This document shows positions 9,187 through 17,938 of a stretch of 64,000 nt of DNA, one piece after another (position 1 is the stretch's first letter; each line of letters begins with the position of its first letter). Source of the DNA: an uncultured Gemmatimonadales bacterium (GTDB lineage Bacteria > Gemmatimonadota > Gemmatimonadetes > Gemmatimonadales > GWC2-71-9); NCBI GenBank assembly GCA_963771275.1, contig CAVYSW010000003.1, forward strand, positions 672,001 to 736,000, read 5' to 3'. The translations under genes were made by a program, and so were the position numbers. The notes below the pieces were generated by a model. The model was not told where the DNA came from. It saw only the letters and a program-made list of their open reading frames with translations, and did not search any database.

Positions 9187-9603
9187 GGCTTCCTCCAGTA
9201 GGGGCTTCGAGTCCTTGGCGGGCGTCGAGCGATGAGGGACGTTCGCACGAGGCGGAGATGGTCGGCTCAAGCTCCGCTCGGGGCATCCGAAGGGTCTCGG
9301 GCGCTGTCGGCGAAATGTCGGAACGGGCCGGATCGGCACCGGAACGGCGGGCGGGAGGAAGCCGGAAATCACGACTTTGTTGTTGTGAATTGCCGTTCGG
9401 GGTGAGGTCACGCTCGTCCCCTATCGTGCCTCCAGACCGTCACCTCGGAGGACACGATGGCACCGCAGAAGCGCAGCTCGATCGCGATCGCCGGGACTCG
9501 AAGTCCCGCATTTGGCCATGCCCCCGCGGTCCAGCTCGCGCTGGAGCGTCCAGCGGTCCGCGAGGGCGGCCACAAGACGATCAGGTGCCGGCGCGGTCAC
9601 CCC

Positions 9604-9996
9604 CTACCACGCGCAGACCTCTACATCGGTCTTCGTGAAGTCCTCGCCGACGAACAACAGGGGCTCCCCCCGCGCCACCGCGAGCGCGTAGCTGAAGCAG
9701 TCACCGAAGTTCAGGCCCGCCGGATGACGCCCCCGCCCGAACCGTAGCGCCGCGTCGCGCGCCAGCGTCACCTGCTCCTCACCGACCGGCACCACCTCCG
9801 CGCCAATGCCTCGCAGGAGGCGGTCGAGTTGGGGTTCCCCCACTTCGCCATAGCGGCCGAGCAGCACCAACGAGGTCTCCACCACCGTGGCCGCGGACAC
9901 GAGGCGTGTGCGGTCGGCGTCCACCGCCTGCACCAGGCGGTCGGCCACCGGCTCGCGGATCAGGATGGCCATGATGGCCGAAGTGTCGATGACCAT
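9604..9996 (-). CDS. vapC: Type II toxin, VapC PIN-domain ribonuclease
   Basis: MVIDTSA, LNFGDCFSYA, LLFVGEDF PIN motifs. Confidence 0.95.
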   Translation of the reverse strand: MVIDTSAIMAILIREPVADRLVQAVDADRTRLVSAATVVETSLVLLGRYGEVGEPQLDRLLRGIGAEVVPVGEEQVTLARDAALRFGRGRHPAGLNFGDCFSYALAVARGEPLLFVGEDFTKTDVEVCAW

Positions 9997-9999
9997 CGG

Positions 10000-10251
10000 T
10001 CAGCGCGGGACGCCGTGGTCGTCGTAGCCTACGAGGTCATCGGGGGACCGCGGATCGAGCACGGGCAGCCTGGCCAGCCGCTCCTGGATGCGTCGCACTT
10101 CGACGCCGATCCCTCGCCGAGCGCGCTGGGATTCGCGGTCCAGCCGATCCCGTAGCGCGCGGCGGATGGCCTCCGTCAACGACTCGCCCGTGGCGGCCGC
10201 GAGGGCCCGAGCGAGGCGATCGGTTTCGGGGTCCTTGATGCTGATAGCCAT
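10000..10251 (-). CDS. vapB: Type II antitoxin VapB (Rv0623-like)
   Basis: MAISIKDPETDRLARALAAATGESLTEAI...GYDDHGVP, directly upstream of vapC. Confidence 0.92.
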   Translation of the reverse strand: MAISIKDPETDRLARALAAATGESLTEAIRRALRDRLDRESQRARRGIGVEVRRIQERLARLPVLDPRSPDDLVGYDDHGVPR

Positions 10252-10264
10252 GCTTCTACCTATC

Positions 10265-10286
10265 TAGACTCTGATATAGCAGTCTA
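10265..10286. promoter_or_regulatory. Inverted repeat TAGACT-N10-AGTCTA, likely VapBC operator/promoter
   Basis: AT-rich inverted repeat 14-35 bp upstream of the vapB start. Confidence 0.5.
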
Positions 10287-10394
10287 TACTCCCCGCTCGA
10301 CGTCCGCAAGTGCCGGCGCAGGAGCCGCTCCGGCCAGAGCGCGGCCGGCTGATGCGGTCGCTGGGCTGCCCCGATTCGATCCCCCGGTCGGCCT

Positions 10395-10424
10395 TGCTGT
10401 CGCTCCGAGCGCGGAGCGACAGCA
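10395..10424. repeat. Perfect 13-bp-stem palindrome (REP-like or terminator)
   Basis: TGCTGTCGCTCCG-AGCG-CGGAGCGACAGCA. Confidence 0.7.
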
Positions 10425-10559
10425 TCGCTTGGCTCGATCGATACAACTCGACCGGTTCGTGAGGGTCGGTTCGCTAGGAACGGTCCGGGGCAGACGAAGG
10501 CCAGCAGGGGGTGTTGACTACGGCTGCACGCTCAGACGCGACCCGCTGAGCGGCCGCGC

Positions 10560-11750
10560 TCACGCCTCCTTGGCCGGCGCCGCGTGCGCGCCGTCTGACC
10601 AGGGCGGCAGCAGCTTGGCCAGCACCCAGAGGATCACGAACGGCAGCACCAGGAGCGCCATCGTCATCCCCAGCCCCTCGATCCCGAAGAACTGGATCTT
10701 GTAGACCGTGAGGCCGCGCAGGCTCTTGGAGAACAGCTGGCCGCCGATCACCACGTTCCACCGGATGCTGAAGATGCCGATCTGGACGAGCACCGCGGCA
10801 ACAAGGTAGAGCAGCCGGCGCAGCTCATCCGGCACGCGGACCAGCGGCTTGGGTCGGAGCGCCGGGGACGTGAGCCCGAGCGCCACCAGCGGCACCAGCG
10901 TGCCGAGCAGCAGCTGGAGCACGATCAGGCTGATGAACAGCCGGGTCTCGATCAGCTGCGAGAGGATGTCGATCGACTCCTCGGACTCGTACAGCCGGTG
11001 CACGAAATCGAGGATCTCGAGCGAGAAATCCACGATCATCGCGTAGAACAAGAACTGCGCCAGCTTGTCGAGGCACCGCATGTCCACCGGCTTCCAGCGG
11101 GCGAGGCTCGTCACCAGGTACAGCACCAGCACGAGCGCGATACCGGAAACCATCGCGGAGAACAGGAACACGACCGGCATCAGCACGCTGCTCCACCACG
11201 GATTGGCCTTGATCGAGCCGAAGATGAAGCCCACGTAGCCGTGGAGCAGGAACGCCGACGGGATCCCGATGATCGTGATCCACCGGCCGGCGCTGTCGTC
11301 GAACCGCAGCGCCTTCGCCGACGTGTCGGTGGCGCCGAGCGTCAACACCCAGTACACCCACCGCTTGACACCGTGCGTGGTCTGCGCCCACCCCACGATA
11401 TCCTTGCGGTAGTCGAGCCAGATCTCGAGCAAGAGGACGACCGCGAGGTACCACGCGTAGACGAACCCGAACATCGCCATGGCCGACTGGCGGTTGGGCG
11501 TGAGGAAGATCTCGTACGAGCGCTCGGGGTGACCGAGATGGGCAAGCAGCGGCAGCGGCGCCACGAGCAGGAACGCCAGCGCGGTGAGCAGCGCGAGCCG
11601 GTAGGTCGGCTGCACCTCCTTCACGTTGAACACGCGCTCGAGCGACGCCAGGATGAAGGCTCCGGCCACGAGCCCGGTGAGGTACGGATACAGGACGACG
11701 AGCAAGCCCCAGTGGAGCTCGAACTCGTTGGGATAGATGTAGCCCTGCAT
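10560..11750 (-). CDS. NrfD/PsrC family quinone-interacting membrane subunit
   Basis: WGLLVVLYPYLTGLVAGAF, HLGHPER, LHGYVGFIF, RWNVVIGGQ; about 10 TMs. Confidence 0.92.
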   Translation of the reverse strand: MQGYIYPNEFELHWGLLVVLYPYLTGLVAGAFILASLERVFNVKEVQPTYRLALLTALAFLLVAPLPLLAHLGHPERSYEIFLTPNRQSAMAMFGFVYAWYLAVVLLLEIWLDYRKDIVGWAQTTHGVKRWVYWVLTLGATDTSAKALRFDDSAGRWITIIGIPSAFLLHGYVGFIFGSIKANPWWSSVLMPVVFLFSAMVSGIALVLVLYLVTSLARWKPVDMRCLDKLAQFLFYAMIVDFSLEILDFVHRLYESEESIDILSQLIETRLFISLIVLQLLLGTLVPLVALGLTSPALRPKPLVRVPDELRRLLYLVAAVLVQIGIFSIRWNVVIGGQLFSKSLRGLTVYKIQFFGIEGLGMTMALLVLPFVILWVLAKLLPPWSDGAHAAPAKEA

Positions 11751-11753
11751 GGT

Positions 11754-12575
11754 CTACCGCACCTCCATGTCCAGGCTCGCGTAGTACACCTTCGGCTTGG
11801 TGTTCAGGTTCGGCTTCAGCACCTGGACGTCGTTGAACCGGATGAACTGCGCGAGCGGCGTCGCCCGCCCGCGGAGCTCGCCGAACACGCGGGCACCCGT
11901 CGGGCACACCTCCACACAGGCCGGACGGAGTCCCTTCCTGATGCGGTGGTAGCAGAAGGTGCACTTCTGGGCGACGTGCTTCTCCGGATGGAACCACCGC
12001 GCGCCGTACGGGCACGCCTGAATGCAGTAGCGGCAGCCGATGCAGTACTGCTCGTCCACCAGCACCACGCCGTCGGGCGTAATGAACGTGGCCCCTACCG
12101 GGCATACCTGCACGCAGGGCGGCTTGGCGCAGTGGTTGCAGAGCTTCGGGACGAAGAACGCCTTGAGCACATCGGGGCCGAGCTCCTCGGGCGGGAAGCC
12201 CTCGATGCCGCCGTCCGGGCTGTCCACCGTCGCCTCGCCGTTCGCATCGATCACGTAGCGCTCGACCCAGGTATTGAAGCAGCCCGGCTCCCGCGGGACG
12301 CCGTTCTCCTCCTTGCAGGCGTTGGCGCACCGGCCGCAGCCGATGCACTTTTCGATGTCCACGCCCATCCCGTACCAGTGATCGGTCGCGTCGTAGGCAC
12401 CCTCGCCCCCGGTCCCCTGCAGGTCGGTCGCCGCGACCCGGATCGTGCCGACCAGCAGCGGCACGCCGGCCGTGCAGGCCGCCGCGAGCGCGCGCACGAA
12501 CGCGCGCCGGTCCACGGCGCTCTCGTCGGTCACGTCGGGCGACGTCGTCTCCGGACGTGCTCGGTCGTCTGTCAT
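11754..12575 (-). CDS. NrfC/PsrB-like 4Fe-4S dicluster protein with Tat signal
   Basis: DRRAFVRAL Tat motif; CIGCGRCANAC, CNHCAKPPCVQVCP, CIGCRYCIQACP, KCTFC...CVEVCP; ATGA overlap with the cytochrome stop. Confidence 0.93.
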   Translation of the reverse strand: MTDDRARPETTSPDVTDESAVDRRAFVRALAAACTAGVPLLVGTIRVAATDLQGTGGEGAYDATDHWYGMGVDIEKCIGCGRCANACKEENGVPREPGCFNTWVERYVIDANGEATVDSPDGGIEGFPPEELGPDVLKAFFVPKLCNHCAKPPCVQVCPVGATFITPDGVVLVDEQYCIGCRYCIQACPYGARWFHPEKHVAQKCTFCYHRIRKGLRPACVEVCPTGARVFGELRGRATPLAQFIRFNDVQVLKPNLNTKPKVYYASLDMEVR

Positions 12576-13297
12576 CCCCGCGTCTCCGGATAGTGGGGGT
12601 AGTGGCACTGCCAGCACATGTACGGCGCGCCGTGCTGCTTGATGTCGATCTGCGGGATCGACCCCTGGATCCCGGAGGCGTGGCACGCGCCGCAGAATTC
12701 GCGAGTGCCCGGCTTGGTGGGCCGGACGGCGCGCGGGTTGGTCTTATGCTCGTCCGGCGCCTGGTGACAGACCGTGCACTGCAGCCCCGCGTGGCGCGAC
12801 AGCGCCTTCTGCCGCGCGATCTGGCCGTGGCACGCGCCGCACTGCTCCGGTACCACCGGCGGCACGGGCGCGTGCGGATCGTGGCACACCTTGCACTCGA
12901 TCATCGGGTTGTGCGTCACCGGGTCGATCTGCGGGAAGCCCGTGGGGCGCGACGGATTGTAGGCGTGGCACGTCACGCAGAACTCCCGGGTCTTCGGGAC
13001 GATCGGCTTGGTATCGAGCGGCGCCGCCACGTGCGCTTCCGCCGGCCCGTGACACGTCTCGCAGGCCACGCCGCGGTGGTTCCCGTTGAGCCGCTTCTCG
13101 GCCATCGGCCGGTGGCACGCCTCACAGGCCTGATAGCCGGCGTACCGCACGCGGCGGGCGGCGATCGAATCCACCGCCGCCGCGCGATAGTGGCCCACCT
13201 CGCCGAACGTCGGCGGAATGAGCAGCCGCCGCGCTACCAGGAGCGCGACCACCGCGACCGAGAAGACGATCAAGAGTCGGGATACTTGCTGGGGCAT
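12572..13297 (-). CDS. Membrane-anchored octaheme cytochrome c
   Basis: Eight CxxCH motifs (CEACH, CETCH, CVTCH, CKVCH, CGACH, CTVCH, CGACH, CWQCH) after an N-terminal TM. Confidence 0.93.
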   Translation of the reverse strand: MPQQVSRLLIVFSVAVVALLVARRLLIPPTFGEVGHYRAAAVDSIAARRVRYAGYQACEACHRPMAEKRLNGNHRGVACETCHGPAEAHVAAPLDTKPIVPKTREFCVTCHAYNPSRPTGFPQIDPVTHNPMIECKVCHDPHAPVPPVVPEQCGACHGQIARQKALSRHAGLQCTVCHQAPDEHKTNPRAVRPTKPGTREFCGACHASGIQGSIPQIDIKQHGAPYMCWQCHYPHYPETRG

Positions 13298-13427
13298 CTC
13301 CGCCGCGGGCGCTCTGGGGAGCCGGCCCGCGCCTCCGTGACTCGCACGCTCTCGTGAATGGCCGCCGTCGGGGATGGACAAACGCCCGCCCGGCGCGAGA
13401 TTGCTGGCGAAGAAAAGCAGGGTTTCC

Positions 13428-13467
13428 GTGAAAACAGTGTTAAGGGAAAATGAGGATCATTAATGAA
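13428..13467 (-). promoter_or_regulatory. AT-rich regulatory site: three pentamers at 11-bp period plus palindrome TCATTAATGA
   Basis: Minus-strand CTCAT/TTAAC/TTCAC at 13450/13439/13428; palindrome 13457-13466; upstream of the cytochrome operon. Confidence 0.5.
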
Positions 13468-13497
13468 CCCTATGGGGCCAGCCGCCACCTGGGGCCG

Positions 13498-13951
13498 ATG
13501 ACACTCGCCGTCTTCGAGCTCACCGGCCCCGCACCGGCCTGGCCCTCGCTGAGGCCGCCCGGGCCCCCTGCATCGCCGTGCAGGGCCTGACCCGTGAGTC
13601 CCGGCAGCTCGCCCACCTCCCGGAGATCCGGCTCGTGCGCGGCACGTTCGCGGATGCCGACCGCGTGGCCGAGGTCGTGGCCGGGGCAAGTGCGGTGTGC
13701 TGCGTGATCGGACCACGACCCCCGTCGCGCGAGGCGTTCTGCGCCGCGGCGACGGCCGCGATCATCGCGGCGATGCCATCGTGAAGCCGCCGCGGCTCAC
13801 CGACGGTCCGGCGGCCGGGCGCGTGCGGGCCCCGGCCGGCGTGCGCGTGGGCCTGCTATCAAGGATCAGCCGCGCCGACCTCGCGGCGTTCATGCTGGAC
13901 GAGATCGAGCGCGGCACCTTCGTGCGCCAGCGGGTGTTCGTCCGCGGCTGA
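13498..13951 (+). pseudogene. Decayed NAD(P)H-binding Rossmann protein (flavin/biliverdin reductase B-like)
   Basis: MTLAVFELTG, frameshift, RTGLALAEAA...VRGTFAD...IIAAM, then frameshift/deletion to IVKPPRLTDGP...ISRADLAAFML. Confidence 0.8.
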
Positions 13952-14028
13952 GCAAGCGCCGCCTGACGCTGGCGGGCGCCGCAGCGGCAACACAGCTTCC
14001 TGTGACTTCCACCCAGCCCAAGGTCCCG

Positions 14029-15387
<1,359 letters not shown>

Positions 15388-15452
15388 CCCGCCCGCTCGC
15401 CCTTCGGGATCGCTCGCTCGACGGACCCTCACCGGCCGGCTAGTATCCCCCC

Positions 15453-16058
15453 ATGGACGTGCTCGCCGCCCTGGCGGCCGCGATCGGCCTTGCAGCCTGC
15501 GCGGGAATGCGCGCCGCCTTTCCTCTGTTTGCGATCGGTGTGGCCGGCCGGCTGCTCGACTGGCCGGTGTCGCCGTCGCTGGCATGGCTCGCCTCCAACC
15601 CGGCGCTCGCGATCTTCGGCGTCGCCGCGCTCAGCGAGATCGTCGCCGACAAGCTGCCGGCCACCCATCGCGTGTTCGACCCGATCGAGACCGTGGGCGC
15701 CCCGGTCGCGGGCTACCTCGCGGCGTTCGGGGCGATCGCCAGTCTCCGCATCCCCTACCTGCTCGTCGTCGCGATCGCGCTGCCGATCGGCCTCGGCGTC
15801 GGCGGTGGTCTCCACATTCTCGCCGCCAGCGCGCGCATCGCCAGCCGCCGGACGCCGGGCGGACTCGGCAACCCGTTCCTCAGCGTGGCGGAAGACCTGT
15901 TCGCCGGCTCGGCGGCCGTGTTCGCCATCGCGGCCCCGCTGCTCGCCCTGGTCGCGGTGCTGGTGCCCACCACCCTCTGGCTCCGCCGGCTGCGGCACGA
16001 CGCGGCGCGCGCCGACGTCGGCCCGCCGGTGGCGCTCATGCGGGACGAGCTGCCGTGA
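15453..16058 (+). CDS. DUF4126 family membrane protein
   Basis: GLAACAGMRA, EIVADKLP, NPFLSVAED. Confidence 0.85.
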   Translation: MDVLAALAAAIGLAACAGMRAAFPLFAIGVAGRLLDWPVSPSLAWLASNPALAIFGVAALSEIVADKLPATHRVFDPIETVGAPVAGYLAAFGAIASLRIPYLLVVAIALPIGLGVGGGLHILAASARIASRRTPGGLGNPFLSVAEDLFAGSAAVFAIAAPLLALVAVLVPTTLWLRRLRHDAARADVGPPVALMRDELP

Positions 16059-17938
16059 GCCCGACGTCCACCGTCGAGAGCGCCCGCGACCGCGAGCGGG
16101 TCCGCACCGTGGTCGTCACCGACCACGACGCGCTGGAGCGCCTGATCGCCGAGCGCATCGTGGACGTCATCGCCCGGCGGGTCGCCGAGCGCGGGCGCTG
16201 CGTGCTGGGCCTCGCCACCGGCAGCACGCCGCTCGGCGTCTACCGCGAGCTGATTCGGCGGCACCAGGCGGGCGGCGTGGACTTCTCGAACGTCGTGACC
16301 TTCAACCTCGACGAGTACTACCCGATGGCTCCGGACAGCCCGCTCAGCTACCGGCGGTACATGTGGGAGAACCTGTTCGCGCACGTGAACGTCCGGCCCG
16401 AGCAGGTGCACATCCCCGACGGGAGCACGCCGCGCGAGCGGCTCGCGGAGCATTGCGCCGCCTACGAGCGGGCGATCCGCGACGCGGGCGGGATCGATCT
16501 CCAGCTGCTCGGCATCGGCAAGAGTGGGCACATCGGGTTCAACGAGCCCGGCTCCCCGCCCGATTCCCGGACGCGGCTCGTGACCCTCGACACGATCACG
16601 CGGAAGGATGCCGCCGCCGATTTCTTCGGTGAGGACAACGTGCCGCGCGAGGCGATCACGGTGGGCGTGGCGACGATTCTCGAGGCCCGGGAGATCGCGC
16701 TGATCGCCACGGGCGAGCACAAGGCGGCGATCGTGCGGCGCGCCGTGGAAGGCGACGTCTCGCCCGAGGTCGCGGCCAGTTACCTCCAGCGCCACCCCGG
16801 CGCCACCATCTACCTCGATCTCGCCGCGTCGGCCGAGCTCACCCGGATCGCGACGCCCTGGCTGCTCCAAGCCGTGGACTGGACCCCGGAGATGGCGGAG
16901 CGCGCGGTCGTCTGGCTTGCCGAGCGAGCCGGGAAAGCGATCCTCAAGCTCACGGCGCGGGACTACACCGAGAACCACTTGAGCCCGTTGCTCGCCCTGC
17001 ACGGGCAGCCGGGGGTGCTGAACGGCGAGATCTTCAACCGGCTGCGCGAGAAGATCCGCGGGCGGGCGCGGCTGCCACGGGCGCGGCGGGTGCTGGTCTT
17101 CTCACCTCATCCCGACGACGACGTCATCTCGATGGGGGGCATCCTCCGTAAGCTCAACGAGAACGGCAACGCCATCACGATCGCCTACATGACCAGCGGC
17201 AACATCGCCGTGTTCGATCACGACGTCCGGCGCCACCTCGACTTCATCGAGCGCGGGGCGGCGGTGCTGGGCCTCGATCCGGCGCGCGCCCGCGCGGCGC
17301 GTGCTCAGGCAGAGGACAGCTTCGCAGCGAAGGCCCCGGGGGAGATCGACATCCCGCTGGTCCAGGAGCTCAAGCGCATGATCCGCGAATCCGAGGCGAT
17401 CTCGGCGCTGGAGGCCGTCGGGCTCCCGCGCGGCGCCGGCCGGTTCCTCAACCTCCCGTTCTACCGGACCGGGGAAGTGCAAAAGCGGCCCATCGGCGAG
17501 GAGGACGTGGCGATCGTGGCGCGGCTATTGGACGAGCTCGCGCCCGACCTCGTGTTCGCGGCGGGGGACCTGTCGGATCCGCACGGCACGCACCGCATGT
17601 GCAAGGCGGCGATCGAGCGGGCGCTGGAGCGCTATCGCGGGCCCGCGCCCGAGGTCTGGTACTATCGCGGCGCGTGGCAGGAATGGCCCATCGCCGAGGC
17701 GGACGTGCTGGTGCCGCTGTCGCAGGACGAGCTCCGCGCCAAGATCTTCGCCATCTTCAAGCACCAGTCGCAGAAGGACACCGCGCCCTTCCCGGGCGGG
17801 CACGACGACCGCGAGTTCTGGCAGCGGGTCGAGGCGCGCAACGTGGACACCGCCGCCCGGGCGGACCGCCTGGGGCTGCCGGAGTACTACGCGATGGAGG
17901 CCTACGTCGTGCGCCGCCCTCAGAACCCCAGCCAGTAG
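16055..17938 (+). CDS. nagB: Glucosamine-6-phosphate deaminase fused to a C-terminal PIG-L deacetylase-like domain
   Basis: LGLATGSTP, TFNLDEY, GHIGFNEPG; C-terminal SPHPDDD and DPHGTH; GTG overlaps the upstream stop. Confidence 0.93.
   Translation: MSPTSTVESARDRERVRTVVVTDHDALERLIAERIVDVIARRVAERGRCVLGLATGSTPLGVYRELIRRHQAGGVDFSNVVTFNLDEYYPMAPDSPLSYRRYMWENLFAHVNVRPEQVHIPDGSTPRERLAEHCAAYERAIRDAGGIDLQLLGIGKSGHIGFNEPGSPPDSRTRLVTLDTITRKDAAADFFGEDNVPREAITVGVATILEAREIALIATGEHKAAIVRRAVEGDVSPEVAASYLQRHPGATIYLDLAASAELTRIATPWLLQAVDWTPEMAERAVVWLAERAGKAILKLTARDYTENHLSPLLALHGQPGVLNGEIFNRLREKIRGRARLPRARRVLVFSPHPDDDVISMGGILRKLNENGNAITIAYMTSGNIAVFDHDVRRHLDFIERGAAVLGLDPARARAARAQAEDSFAAKAPGEIDIPLVQELKRMIRESEAISALEAVGLPRGAGRFLNLPFYRTGEVQKRPIGEEDVAIVARLLDELAPDLVFAAGDLSDPHGTHRMCKAAIERALERYRGPAPEVWYYRGAWQEWPIAEADVLVPLSQDELRAKIFAIFKHQSQKDTAPFPGGHDDREFWQRVEARNVDTAARADRLGLPEYYAMEAYVVRRPQNPSQ

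Noticed and set aside
9457..9747. ORF with a good RBS (GGAGGACACG-ATG)
   Set aside because: Runs antisense into vapC and has no recognisable domain; possibly a gene remnant
13781..13784. TGA as a selenocysteine or programmed frameshift site
   Set aside because: The downstream homology is in another frame with sequence missing, and other lesions exist; decay explains it better
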